Positions 1 to 9,864 of a stretch of DNA of 26,728 nt are shown piece after piece. Source of the DNA: Nanobdellota archaeon (GTDB lineage Archaea > Aenigmatarchaeota > Aenigmatarchaeia > QMZP01); contig JBDRJQ010000008.1 of NCBI GenBank assembly GCA_043814765.1, forward strand, positions 1-26,728, read 5' to 3'. Position 1 is the first letter of the stretch, and every line of letters starts with the position of its first letter. Below the pieces are notes generated by a model. That model had not been told where the DNA came from. It saw only the letters and a program-made list of their open reading frames with translations, and did not search any database. The translations under genes and the position numbers were made by a program.

Positions 1-1
1 C

Positions 2-760
2 AGCAATAACGGCGGCTTATACAAAATCAGCCCTGTCGGAAGCATTGTTTGGATATATCCGACTGGGAGCGTATACTGCTCCTCGCCATTAATTGACGAT
101 GATGGCGTTGTATACATCGGAAGCAGTGACTCTTACTTTTACGCTGTCAATTCAGACGGTAGTTTGAAGTGGAAGTTTCTGGCAGGAGATGTAATATGGT
201 CTTCACCTTCCATGGGGTTTGACGGCACAATCTATATCGGATGCAACGACGGTTTCCTTTACGCCTTGACTCCTGACGGTGAAGAGGTTTGGAAATTTCC
301 AACAGGAGGAGTAATTCTGTCTGCTTCCAGTGTGGCTGATGACGGCACAATCTACACCCCCAGTGAAGACGGCTATCTTTACGCTGTCAATCCTAACGGC
401 ACGGAAAAATGGAAGTATAAAACCGGAGCGGCAATCTATTACTCTTCGCCTGCAATCGCCACTGACGGGACCGTTTATATCGGAGGCGAGGATGGATATA
501 TGCATGCTGTTAATCCTGATGGCACAGAAAGTTGGGTGTTTAATGCAGGATTGCGTATTCGCTCATCCCCGATAATAGGCGCTGACGGAACTGTTTATTT
601 CGGTTCTGACAACCATTTCATCTATGCGCTGGATTCAGACGGAAGCTTGAAATGGAGCTATGGAACCGGACACAATGTTCGTGGTTCTGGAGCCATATCA
701 TCAGAGGGAGCGCTGTACTTTCCTTCTTATGACGGCAATCTTTACGATTTCAGTGATTAA
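2..760 (+). CDS. PQQ-like/BamB-type beta-propeller repeat protein, 5'-truncated by the window edge
   Basis: The frame is open from position 2 (SNNGGLYKISPVGSIVWIY...), so the TTG at 164 is not the start. Tandem ~40-aa blades SSPxIxxDGTIYxGxxDGxLYAxxxDGxxKW. Stop TAA at 758-760. Confidence 0.85.
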   Translation, partial: SNNGGLYKISPVGSIVWIYPTGSVYCSSPLIDDDGVVYIGSSDSYFYAVNSDGSLKWKFLAGDVIWSSPSMGFDGTIYIGCNDGFLYALTPDGEEVWKFPTGGVILSASSVADDGTIYTPSEDGYLYAVNPNGTEKWKYKTGAAIYYSSPAIATDGTVYIGGEDGYMHAVNPDGTESWVFNAGLRIRSSPIIGADGTVYFGSDNHFIYALDSDGSLKWSYGTGHNVRGSGAISSEGALYFPSYDGNLYDFSD

Positions 761-775
761 CGCTAATCAATTCAA

Positions 776-810
776 AAACAACACCCCGACAAGTTCGGAG
801 GTTTTTGTTT
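776..810 (+). terminator. Hairpin plus T-tract, intrinsic-terminator-like
   Basis: AAACAACACCCCGA-CAAGT-TCGGAGGTTTTTGTTT, an imperfect stem with T-rich 3' side just after the propeller gene stop. Confidence 0.5.
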
Positions 811-854
811 AGTACTGTCAACTAGTGGGGATAATAAAATAAAACCACACACAA

Positions 855-870
855 ACAAACCTTTATATCT
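855..870 (+). promoter_or_regulatory. BRE/TATA promoter, probably giving a leaderless mRNA
   Basis: AAAC-C-TTTATAT with the TATA starting 29 nt before ATG 891, and no SD motif. Confidence 0.55.
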
Positions 871-890
871 TTCTCTTTAAAATAACCTTT

Positions 891-2366
891 ATGAAAGTAC
901 TTCTGCTCAATCCATCATCGCAGTACAGCGAAGCTGTGGTCAGGGATACTCTTTATGGTTGCTGGTGCAAAGGCAGAGCCAACTATATGTGGCCTCCCAT
1001 GGGACTAGCGTATATTGCAGCAGTACTTGAGGAATCAGGGTTTAAACCAGATATATTTGATGCCCTTGCTCTAGGCGTGAACTATAACGATATGCAAAAA
1101 GAAGTTGAGCAAAAGAAACCAGATATCATTATCATCAACACAGCAACAATTACTTTTGGTGAAGATTTAGTTACGCTAGAAAAAATAAAGGAAGCTGTTC
1201 CTAATGTCAAAACTGTGATGTTAGGCACGCACACTTCTGCTATGCCTCAACAGTGTGCAAAAGAAAAAGCAATAGATTTCCTTATTCTCGGCGAGCCTGA
1301 TTATATTGTTAGAGATCTTGTCGATGCAATTGACAAAGGCAAGGATTTGAACGATGTAAAAGGTATAGCTTTTGAAAGGGATGGTAAGGTTACAATAACA
1401 CATCCTGCTCCTATGATAGAAGATTTGGATGCAATGCCGTTTCCAGCAAGACATCTGATAACAAAAGAAGGCAACTACTTCAACCCGTTTGCAAAGAAGA
1501 TGCCCTACACAACTTCCCTGTCATCACGCGGCTGTCCATTTAAGTGTATATACTGCAGTTCCACCACACTCTATGGTGATATATACAGGGCCAGAAGCGC
1601 AGAGAATGTTGTTGATGAAATAGAATTGATAATTAAACAGGGATTCAAAGAAATTTTTTACCGTGACGAAACGCTTACTTTTGACAAGAACAGAACAGCA
1701 AAAATTTGCGATTTGATAAAAGAACGCAATTTAGACATCTCTTGGATGTGCAATAGCAGAGTTGATACAGTTACACCAGAGCTTCTGATAAAAATGAAAA
1801 AAGCAGGCTGCCATATGGTAAAATATGGTGTAGAATCAGGAGACCAGCAAATTCTTAATAACCTTGTAAAAGGCACAACGGTTGAAGGAATAAGAAATGC
1901 ATTCAAATGGACAAGAGATGCCAAGATGTCAACAGTAGCTCATTTCATGTTTGGTTCACCAGGCGAAACAGTGGATAGCATGAACAAGAGCATTGCACTC
2001 GCAAAGGAGATAAAAACGGATTATGCTTCCTTTAACATAACAACTCCTTATCCAGGCACAGTTTTATTCGACAAATATATTGGAAAGGTAGAGAACTGGG
2101 ATTCATGGAGTTTGAAGAAATCTTTAGAGAGCGGACAGTTTAACGAGAAATTCAGTATAGCCAGCAAGAAAGAAATAGAAGAAGCTTTTGCTAGAGCTTA
2201 CAAGGAATTTTACTACAGACCATCATACATTGCAAAAAGACTTGTAAAATCAAATCCAAGCGAAATTCTAAGGATAGCTAAAGCAGCACTTCCATTTTTA
2301 AAATTCACAAGAGGAGCAGATAGTCATGAAAGAGAAGCTAGTGGCGACAATACCGGCGTACAATGA
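891..2366 (+). CDS. Cobalamin-binding radical SAM protein (BchE/HpnJ-like superfamily)
   Basis: N-terminal B12-binding region (PPMGLAYIAAVL...GTHTSAMP...GEPD), SRGCPFKCIYC CxxxCxxC motif, GVESGDQ, FMFGSPGET, TPYPGT. Confidence 0.9.
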   Translation: MKVLLLNPSSQYSEAVVRDTLYGCWCKGRANYMWPPMGLAYIAAVLEESGFKPDIFDALALGVNYNDMQKEVEQKKPDIIIINTATITFGEDLVTLEKIKEAVPNVKTVMLGTHTSAMPQQCAKEKAIDFLILGEPDYIVRDLVDAIDKGKDLNDVKGIAFERDGKVTITHPAPMIEDLDAMPFPARHLITKEGNYFNPFAKKMPYTTSLSSRGCPFKCIYCSSTTLYGDIYRARSAENVVDEIELIIKQGFKEIFYRDETLTFDKNRTAKICDLIKERNLDISWMCNSRVDTVTPELLIKMKKAGCHMVKYGVESGDQQILNNLVKGTTVEGIRNAFKWTRDAKMSTVAHFMFGSPGETVDSMNKSIALAKEIKTDYASFNITTPYPGTVLFDKYIGKVENWDSWSLKKSLESGQFNEKFSIASKKEIEEAFARAYKEFYYRPSYIAKRLVKSNPSEILRIAKAALPFLKFTRGADSHEREASGDNTGVQ

Positions 2367-3012
2367 AGAGAGTAAAATAGGAGAAGTTGTAAAGGGATGC
2401 TTCAAATACTGCAAAGAAGTTGTAGTAATAGATGATGGCTCTAAGGACGCTACTGCAAAAGTAGCTAAAAAAGCAGGCGCCAAGGTTTTTAGAAACAACC
2501 CAAATATGGGTGTCGGTTACACTGTTAGAAGATGTTATGAAGAAGCGCTTAAACTCAATCCTGATATAATTGTAAACCTAGATGGCGACGGTCAGCACAA
2601 TCCAGACGAGATACCAGCAATGATAGCTCCTCTATTAAAAGAAAATATAGATTTTGTTATAGGTTCAAGAAGATTGGGCAAGAATGCAGAAACTTCTTTC
2701 ATACGCAACTATGGAAACAAATACTTCTCATTTCTGATATCGCTAATGATTAAACAGAGAATAACAGATTCACAGAGTGGTTATCGTGCAATAAAGGCTG
2801 ACAAACTGAAAAAACTTGATTTAAGAGAGAAATACACTAACCGACAGGAAATGATAGTGCTTGCAAGAAAAAAAGGAATTAAGATGAAGGAAATCCCTAT
2901 TTTTGTTGAAAAAAGGGGTCATGGCAAGTCGTTTATAGGAAATTTCAGGAAAAAACTGTATTTCCTGACAAAAGTAACTTTTATTATATTCAAGACAAGA
3001 TTTCTTAGATAA
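2326..3012 (+). CDS. Glycosyltransferase family 2, DPM1-like (polyprenol-phosphate glycosyltransferase)
   Basis: IPAYNEE, VIDDGSKDAT, LDGDGQHNP, GSR, ITDSQSGYRA motifs. Confidence 0.92.
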   Translation: MKEKLVATIPAYNEESKIGEVVKGCFKYCKEVVVIDDGSKDATAKVAKKAGAKVFRNNPNMGVGYTVRRCYEEALKLNPDIIVNLDGDGQHNPDEIPAMIAPLLKENIDFVIGSRRLGKNAETSFIRNYGNKYFSFLISLMIKQRITDSQSGYRAIKADKLKKLDLREKYTNRQEMIVLARKKGIKMKEIPIFVEKRGHGKSFIGNFRKKLYFLTKVTFIIFKTRFLR

Positions 3013-3014
3013 TT

Positions 3015-4517
3015 ATGAATTTCAAAGAGCTCTTGCATAGTAAGAAACTTTTACTGGTGTTAATCCTTATTCTAGCCATCAGTCTTCGTTTCTACAACAT
3101 AACCAACATAGGAGTTGATCAATGGGATGAAGGAGAGTACATAGATGCAGGAGAATCCATTCTAGAAGGCAAATTCCAGTGGGCAGGCGTTGGTTTGAAA
3201 CCATTACACAACGCATTTCTGGCTGCAGGATTGTTTATTTTTGGCAATTATGATTTTGCAGGCTTCGCTGTTGTAGCTATATTCGGAGTGCTAACTGTTC
3301 TTCTTGTCTACTATTTAGGCAAGAGGTTTTTCGACGTAAAAACAGGACTGTTAGCTGCGTTTATCTTAGCTATTACAGAATACCATGTTTACTTTTCCAG
3401 AACACTCTATTCTGATGTGCTAGCAACATTCTTCTTCAGTGCAACCATTCTACTGTACTATTTGAGCATCAAAAAAGGAGGTTACATCTATCCTATTTTA
3501 ACAGCGATTTTAATTGGCCTGTCTTTCATGGTTAGGATAAACATGGTCGTGGTTCTTTTTGTGGTAATGTTATCTGAAATAGTTTTTGCCATAAAAGACA
3601 AAGCCTTTACAAACAAGAAACTTTTCAAAAAAAGGCTCCTCAGATTTTTGATAATAGTTCTAATATCAGGCGCAATAATGTTTTCTGTTTACAGCGCTTA
3701 CAGTGTCTTGGCTCCACCAGGATTGTTTGATATTCAGTTTGGCGTAAATACAGGAAATGTTACTGATTCTGGGTTAGCTAACACAACTTTCTATCTTGAG
3801 CAATTGGTAATTCTTGGTTCACCTATACTATTGCTAGCGTTTTTACTAGGACTCTACAGTGCTTTTGAATCAAGAAAAGATGGGGATATTATACTCTTGA
3901 TATGGGCATTATCAATACTGCTTTTCTTTAGCTTCTATGGTTTCAAGAGGTATAGAATATTTTTAATAGCATTACCAGCTGTGACAATACTCGCAGCACG
4001 AGGCTTGTTTTTAGTGAAAAAGAAATTAGGTAAATATGGAAAGAGTTTGTTTACTGTCCTAGTAATATTCCTAGCATTTACCAGCATGTATGCTGTTTAT
4101 GACACTTTAACATCCAGCGCAACATCCTACAGAGAAGCAGCTGAATTTGTTCGTTCTGATGGAGGACAAGGGGTTATAGTACCGCAGTTAGGCATATTCC
4201 AATACTACTCTGATGAGAAACCACTACCACCATTCCTCTTTGATAATCTTAATAACAGCAATTCTAAACTACTGGAACTCTATGAAGAAGGATACTCTCA
4301 TGTTATAATTGACTATCGCGCTCTTCGCTACAATGAACTTGCACATGAAATTGTAAACGCAGCAGAACCTATGGCAAAGTTTAATAACTTGGATGCACTC
4401 TATGATCCTACTATTATAGGACCAATTGATTATCAGGAATTTGATGATCTGAGAAAACAGGAAATATACCAATACGTGTACGTTTACAGACTAGCTGATA
4501 TAATAGAAACAATTTAA
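3015..4517 (+). CDS. ArnT/PMT-like (GT83/GT39) multi-pass membrane glycosyltransferase
   Basis: LRF...WDEGEY luminal motif after TM1, KPLH, HVYFSRTLYSD, many hydrophobic helices, RYRIFL, C-terminal extracellular domain. Confidence 0.85.
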   Translation: MNFKELLHSKKLLLVLILILAISLRFYNITNIGVDQWDEGEYIDAGESILEGKFQWAGVGLKPLHNAFLAAGLFIFGNYDFAGFAVVAIFGVLTVLLVYYLGKRFFDVKTGLLAAFILAITEYHVYFSRTLYSDVLATFFFSATILLYYLSIKKGGYIYPILTAILIGLSFMVRINMVVVLFVVMLSEIVFAIKDKAFTNKKLFKKRLLRFLIIVLISGAIMFSVYSAYSVLAPPGLFDIQFGVNTGNVTDSGLANTTFYLEQLVILGSPILLLAFLLGLYSAFESRKDGDIILLIWALSILLFFSFYGFKRYRIFLIALPAVTILAARGLFLVKKKLGKYGKSLFTVLVIFLAFTSMYAVYDTLTSSATSYREAAEFVRSDGGQGVIVPQLGIFQYYSDEKPLPPFLFDNLNNSNSKLLELYEEGYSHVIIDYRALRYNELAHEIVNAAEPMAKFNNLDALYDPTIIGPIDYQEFDDLRKQEIYQYVYVYRLADIIETI

Positions 4518-4552
4518 AAATAATGATCAATGGAATTATAGGAAGTGAATGA

Positions 4553-5224
4553 ATGGTAGACTCTAGAAAGTATTTCAAGGATGTTGAATCATGGGACGGA
4601 GCATACGAAGGCAAACATGGAAATGATTTGCTAACAAAAATTGCCAACAAAACAATCAGAAAAAACATTCTGCTAAAAAGAAAAAAAACAGTGTTTGATA
4701 TGATACAACCAGTAAAAGACAAAACTGTGGTTGATGTTGGTTGTGGCAGTGGAAGATTCAGTTTTGATATAATGGATGCCGGAGCCAAATCAGTTACAGG
4801 TTTGGACTGTAACAAGCCCATGATAGATTATGCTAACAGTTTGAAGACAAAAAGTGTACATTCCCAGAAAATGGAATTCATAGTAGATGATGCAAGCACT
4901 TATAAAATAAAATCAGATGTTGCGATGTTAATAGGAGTGGTTGGTTATTACAAAGACTACCGTGAATTACTAAACAACGTAACCAATAACAAACACGAGT
5001 TCATAATGTTTGATTTTCTAACAAATGAAGACAAGGGTGTGAAAACAAAAATAATTAATTCTATGGTTTCCTCTTGGGCTAAGGTTAGAAGTTTAGAGGT
5101 ATACAAGCACAGTAAAAAGGACATTATCAGCTACATGAAAAGCAAAAACTACGGTTTAGTTAATGAAAACAACGAGTTAGCAGGAACGTTATTAAAGTTT
5201 AAACTAAGTACTAAAGGAGTTTGA
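4553..5224 (+). CDS. Class I SAM-dependent methyltransferase
   Basis: Motif I VVDVGCGSG, motif II VTGLD, FIVDDA. Confidence 0.85.
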   Translation: MVDSRKYFKDVESWDGAYEGKHGNDLLTKIANKTIRKNILLKRKKTVFDMIQPVKDKTVVDVGCGSGRFSFDIMDAGAKSVTGLDCNKPMIDYANSLKTKSVHSQKMEFIVDDASTYKIKSDVAMLIGVVGYYKDYRELLNNVTNNKHEFIMFDFLTNEDKGVKTKIINSMVSSWAKVRSLEVYKHSKKDIISYMKSKNYGLVNENNELAGTLLKFKLSTKGV

Positions 5225-6115
5225 ATGAAATACGCGAACATAAACATTGATATGGATACATTATACGAAGATTTGAATATTCATGTTTCTGCTGCTGAAA
5301 GGGATAAACTAATCAAATTATCATATGATAAGGTTTTACCGAATGTGTTGGATTTTTTTGAGAATAAAAAAATAAAAACCACCTTTGTTGTTATAGGAAG
5401 AGATGCTAAGCTTGTTCCAAAGCATATTAAAAAAATCTCAGACCAAGGACATGAAATTGCCAATCACAGTTTTAATCACATAAGAAATTTCACTGGACTA
5501 AAACCAAAGGAAATTCACAGTGAAATATCCAAGTGCAATGAAGCTATTCATAAAATCACTGGTGTTAAATGCAATGGGTTTAGAGCGCCCTGTTATAATG
5601 TTAATTCAGATGTTTTGAAGATAATATCAAAGAACAACCTGACTTACGATATGTCTATTGTAAATTCTTTCCTTTACCAAATGCTAAAAAAATCGTATAA
5701 AATGACTATGAAAAATAAGGAATATGTTACAGATACTCAAAGAATGTCTGTTCCAAAAAGACCATACAAAGAACATGGTATAGTTGCATTCCCTATATCA
5801 AATTCCAAGATATTTTCATTGCCATTCATAACAGGCTTGCATTTGAATATGGGCAAGAGACTCTCAAAAACAATAACAAAAGATTATATGAATAACCCAT
5901 TTCTTAACATAAATGCACATTTAATGGAATTTATGGACGTTAGAGATTTCCAGAAAATCAACATGAAAAACTTTGTTGTTGCACCAAAACTTGTAAAAAT
6001 GGATTACAGAAAAGAATATTTCTATAAACTGGTTGATCGCCTAAAAAAGAAGAATTTTAAAATTTTAAGAATGGATGATATAATAAGCTCGCCTGATTTA
6101 ATAAAAACCTTTTAA
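5225..6115 (+). CDS. Polysaccharide deacetylase (NodB/CE4 family)
   Basis: NIDMD, TTFVVIG, GHEIANHSFNH metal-binding motif, GFRAP, YDMS. Confidence 0.85.
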   Translation: MKYANINIDMDTLYEDLNIHVSAAERDKLIKLSYDKVLPNVLDFFENKKIKTTFVVIGRDAKLVPKHIKKISDQGHEIANHSFNHIRNFTGLKPKEIHSEISKCNEAIHKITGVKCNGFRAPCYNVNSDVLKIISKNNLTYDMSIVNSFLYQMLKKSYKMTMKNKEYVTDTQRMSVPKRPYKEHGIVAFPISNSKIFSLPFITGLHLNMGKRLSKTITKDYMNNPFLNINAHLMEFMDVRDFQKINMKNFVVAPKLVKMDYRKEYFYKLVDRLKKKNFKILRMDDIISSPDLIKTF

Positions 6116-6137
6116 AACTACTACCTAATTTCTAGAT

Positions 6138-7067
6138 ATGATTGTGCTGGTTACTGGTTGTGCTGGATTTATTGGCTCGCATATAGCAGAACGCTTACTC
6201 GTAGAAGGCCATGAAGTTATAGGCATAGATAATTTCGATCCTTATTACTCTCACGAGCTGAAAAAACAAAACCTGAAAGAACTGCAAAAATATAAAAGCT
6301 TCAAGTTCTTGCATGGATCAATTTTAGACAAAGAGCTTTTAAGAACAATCAAAGACGTGGAAATCGTAAATCACCAAGCAGCTATAGCTGGTGTTAGAAA
6401 TTCCATAGAAAATCCTGTAAAATATGTTGACATAAACGTTATGGGAACAGTTAACCTTTTAGAACAATTCAGAAACGCTGAAAGGTTTGTTTTTGCATCA
6501 TCATCTTCAGTTTACGGCGAGGTTCCTGAAAGCGATCTTCCTGTTAAAGAAAAGAGAGAGCCTGCTCCAATAGCTCCGTACGGACTCTCAAAAGTGCATG
6601 CAGAACAGCTGTGTGAAATGTTTAGAGAGATATACGGTTTAAAAACAGCATCGCTGAGATATTTCACTGTTTATGGTCCTAGACAAAGACCAGATGAAGC
6701 CATGTGCAAATTCATAACTAGCATACTGAAAGGAGAGCCGATAGAGATATATGGTGATGGAGAACAGACTCGAGACTTCACTTACGTAAAGGATGTCGTT
6801 GAAGCAAATATGTTGGCAATGAAAAGAGGTGAAGGAATATTCAACATAGGAAGCAACAACAGAATCAGTGTTAACAGCCTTGTTAATCTTTTAGCATCCA
6901 TAGTTGCTAAAAACATAGAAACCAAACGCTCAGGTAAACAAACAGGAGATGTTTTACATACGCAAGCAGACATCACAAAAGCCAAGGAGATTTTAGGTTA
7001 TATCCCACGATATGGTATAGAGCAAGGATTAAAAGAACACATGGATTGGTTAAGAACTAGAGTTTGA
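6138..7067 (+). CDS. NAD-dependent nucleotide-sugar epimerase/dehydratase (extended SDR; GalE/UDP-GlcA epimerase-like)
   Basis: VTGCAGFIGS, HQAAIAGVRNS, ASSSSVYG, YGLSK, LRYFTVYGPRQRPD, GDGEQTRDFTYV. TATA TTTTAAAA lies 28 nt upstream. Confidence 0.92.
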   Translation: MIVLVTGCAGFIGSHIAERLLVEGHEVIGIDNFDPYYSHELKKQNLKELQKYKSFKFLHGSILDKELLRTIKDVEIVNHQAAIAGVRNSIENPVKYVDINVMGTVNLLEQFRNAERFVFASSSSVYGEVPESDLPVKEKREPAPIAPYGLSKVHAEQLCEMFREIYGLKTASLRYFTVYGPRQRPDEAMCKFITSILKGEPIEIYGDGEQTRDFTYVKDVVEANMLAMKRGEGIFNIGSNNRISVNSLVNLLASIVAKNIETKRSGKQTGDVLHTQADITKAKEILGYIPRYGIEQGLKEHMDWLRTRV

Positions 7068-7811
7068 TTCCCATTCCAGTTTATCTGCCATTTTTATTGA
7101 CTCGAATGTTCCAATGTCATATCTCTGTCCTTTGAAAACATAACCATACATTGGATAACCAGCTTTTCTCATTAGCTCCAAAGAATCTGTGAACTGCAGC
7201 TCGTTGTTTGCACCAGGCGTTGTTTTTTCTATGAACTCGAAAATCTTCGAGCTGACGATTATCATTCCTGCTATATTATAGAAAACCCCATTTGATTTGT
7301 ATTGCTCTGCCTGCTCCCATGTCGGTTTTTCTATCATACCGAGTACTTGGTTATTCTCATTTATTTTTACGACACCAAATCTTCTAGGATCATCAATTGG
7401 ATGCAGAACCAATGTTGCTGCAGCCTTTTTCTCTTCATGAAATTTCAAAACATCTTTCATTATGCTAGTGGGTTTGAAGTAATTATCACCATATGAAACA
7501 ACAAAATCTTCATCTTTGCCTATCCAGTCTTTTGCCTGATGAATTGCATGTGCAATACCCTTTTGCTCTTCCTGCACTCTGTAATAAGCATTAATTCCAA
7601 AGGACTCTCCAGAGCCAATATAATCTAAAATGGCTCCTTTTTTCCAGCCTGTTACAATTAGAATGTCCTTTATGCCTCCTTCTTTTAGCCCGTCTATTAC
7701 GTGCTCTATGACAGGTTTTGTCCCAACTCTTATCATTTCCTTAGGGATTGACCTGGTTAAGGGTTCCAGCCTGGTTCCCTTGCCTGCAGCAGGTATCACA
7801 GCTTTTATCAT
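7050..7811 (-). CDS. Sugar-1-phosphate nucleotidyltransferase (G1P uridylyl/thymidylyltransferase-like)
   Basis: AVIPAAGKGTRLEPLTRSIPKEM, YGDN, IEKP, DIGT. Start reassigned to ATG 7811, immediately after the ugd stop. Confidence 0.9.
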   Translation of the reverse strand: MIKAVIPAAGKGTRLEPLTRSIPKEMIRVGTKPVIEHVIDGLKEGGIKDILIVTGWKKGAILDYIGSGESFGINAYYRVQEEQKGIAHAIHQAKDWIGKDEDFVVSYGDNYFKPTSIMKDVLKFHEEKKAAATLVLHPIDDPRRFGVVKINENNQVLGMIEKPTWEQAEQYKSNGVFYNIAGMIIVSSKIFEFIEKTTPGANNELQFTDSLELMRKAGYPMYGYVFKGQRYDIGTFESIKMADKLEWESNSSS

Positions 7812-7812
7812 A

Positions 7813-9090
7813 CTACCAGCAAACTCCTTCAAAGTCTTTTACATAATCTGGATTAAGAACCTTTCTGCCCTCTATAATTACGCGGTTCTTCATTAAATTA
7901 AAGTCTTCATCTTTTAATTCTTTAAATTCATCCCATTCTGTCAGTATGAGACATCCATCCGCATTTTTTAATGCTTCCTGCGGGCTTGCATTGAATTCTA
8001 TATTATCAAATATTTTTTTGATGTTGGTCATGGCTTTTGGGTCGTAAACAGAAATCCGAGTTCCTTTTTCATTCAATTTTGCAATTATATCAATTGCCGG
8101 AGACTCTCTAACATCATCGGTTCCTGGTTTAAAACTGAGACCAAGGATAGTTATTTTTTTGTCTTTCAGTTCCATTTTGCTCTCTAACAATTCAATTATT
8201 TTCATTCTCTGCTCCTTATTGCTGTCGAGTACTTGGCTCAAAATCTTTGCGTCGTGACCCAGCTCCTTGGATCGCGCGACTAGCGCGGCGACATCCTTCG
8301 GGAAGCATGAGCCTCCAAACCCAACACCCGCATCGAGGAACTTCTCTGAAACGCGGCTGTCCATGCCGACAATCTTCATAACATCATAAACATCAGTGCC
8401 AAGCTTCTTGCAGACATTTCCAATCTCGTTGGCAAAACCAATCTTTGTCGCAAGCAGCGCGTTGGACGCGTATTTTGCCAGCTCCGCAGTCTTTGTGTTG
8501 GTTCGAACGAAGGGGCATGTGTGATTTGAATATACCTCAACCAAGGCGTCGCCGGACTTCTTGTCATGCTCTCCTATGACAATTCTATCAGGATTTTCAC
8601 TATCATAAATTGCGTGACCCTCTCTAAGGAATTCCGGATTCATGCAGACACCGAAATCCTCTCCAACTTTCTTTCCAGATGCTTCTTCTAAAATAGGTAT
8701 AACAACTTCTTCTGTTGTTCCTGGTATAACAGTAGATTTTACAACAAAAACGTAATAGTCTTTATTTTTTATCTTCTCTCCTATGCTCTTTGTTGCATTT
8801 TTTACATACTCAAGATTTATGCTGCCATCATCTCTGGAAGGTGTCGGAACACACAAAAAACAGATGTCAGAATTCTGTATGGCGTAATTCAAATCAGTTG
8901 TAGCCTCTAAATTAACCCCTTCAAGATATTCCTTTAGTTTAGGTTCAAATATTGAAGGCTCCTTTCGCCTTATAGATTCAACTCTTTTCTCATCAACATC
9001 CACGCAGATGACGTTATGACCCTGTTTTGCTAGAACAACAGCTGTGACCAAACCAACGTACCCAGAACCTATAATACTGATATTCATCAT
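7813..9090 (-). CDS. ugd: UDP-glucose 6-dehydrogenase
   Basis: IIGSGYVG, CVPTP, KSTVIPGT, MNPEFLREG, GFGGSCFPKD catalytic Cys, GLSFKPGTDDVRESP. Confidence 0.93.
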   Translation of the reverse strand: MMNISIIGSGYVGLVTAVVLAKQGHNVICVDVDEKRVESIRRKEPSIFEPKLKEYLEGVNLEATTDLNYAIQNSDICFLCVPTPSRDDGSINLEYVKNATKSIGEKIKNKDYYVFVVKSTVIPGTTEEVVIPILEEASGKKVGEDFGVCMNPEFLREGHAIYDSENPDRIVIGEHDKKSGDALVEVYSNHTCPFVRTNTKTAELAKYASNALLATKIGFANEIGNVCKKLGTDVYDVMKIVGMDSRVSEKFLDAGVGFGGSCFPKDVAALVARSKELGHDAKILSQVLDSNKEQRMKIIELLESKMELKDKKITILGLSFKPGTDDVRESPAIDIIAKLNEKGTRISVYDPKAMTNIKKIFDNIEFNASPQEALKNADGCLILTEWDEFKELKDEDFNLMKNRVIIEGRKVLNPDYVKDFEGVCW

Positions 9091-9147
9091 ACCACTGTTA
9101 GGATATTGAAGTGCATATATTTAAAAAGGAGTTGTTTAATACAAGAT

Positions 9148-9864
9148 ATGGATAAGCTAAACACCGCAATTGTTTTGTGTGGAGGAAAAGGTACCAGGCT
9201 AAGACCTTTAACTTTTGATATTCCCAAGTCTTTAATCCCATTACAGGGTAAAACAGTTCTAGAGCATGTTATCGATTTATTCAAAAAATTTGATATCACA
9301 AACATAATTCTTTGTGTTGGACACATGAAAGAGCAGATAAAAAATCACATGGGAGATGGTTCTATGTTTGGTGTAAACATCACATACGTTGAAGAGGACG
9401 AACCTCTTGGCACAGCAGGTCCACTAAAGCTAATGAAAAATCAAGGTAAGCTACCGCGAGAGCCTTTCATTTACTGCAACGGAGACGAGCTGAAGGAACT
9501 GGACCTAGAAGCAATGCTGGAGTTGCATAAACAAAACAACGCTATGGCAACTATTGCTCTCACTTCTGTTGACAATCCAAGCAACTATGGTGTTGCTAAT
9601 CTTGATGGCAATAAGATCTTGGAATTTTTAGAGAAACCAGAGAACCCACCAAGCAATAAAATTAATTCTGGTTTGTATATTCTAACGCCAGAAGTTGCTG
9701 AACTTGTCAGAGAAGGTTTTTGCATGGTAGAGAAGGACATCTTCCCAAAAATAGCCGCTTCAGGGCGCTTATTCGGCTTCCCATTCAACGGACAATGGTT
9801 CGATACAGGAACTCCCGAAAGATATGAAAAAGCAATTAAAGAGTGGAAGCCAATTATTAATTAA
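9148..9864 (+). CDS. NDP-sugar nucleotidyltransferase (mannose-1-phosphate guanylyltransferase-like)
   Basis: LCGGKGTRLRPLT..PK, EPLGTAG, NGD, FLEKP, INSGLY, WFDTGTPE. Start ATG 9148 has a TATA (TTTAAAA) 28 nt upstream. Confidence 0.88.
   Translation: MDKLNTAIVLCGGKGTRLRPLTFDIPKSLIPLQGKTVLEHVIDLFKKFDITNIILCVGHMKEQIKNHMGDGSMFGVNITYVEEDEPLGTAGPLKLMKNQGKLPREPFIYCNGDELKELDLEAMLELHKQNNAMATIALTSVDNPSNYGVANLDGNKILEFLEKPENPPSNKINSGLYILTPEVAELVREGFCMVEKDIFPKIAASGRLFGFPFNGQWFDTGTPERYEKAIKEWKPIIN

Noticed and set aside
2..760. DNA-level ~120-bp periodicity (GACGGCACAATCTA etc.) as a repeat array or DGR target
   Set aside because: Explained by protein propeller blades. No reverse transcriptase or adenine-specific variant pair was seen.
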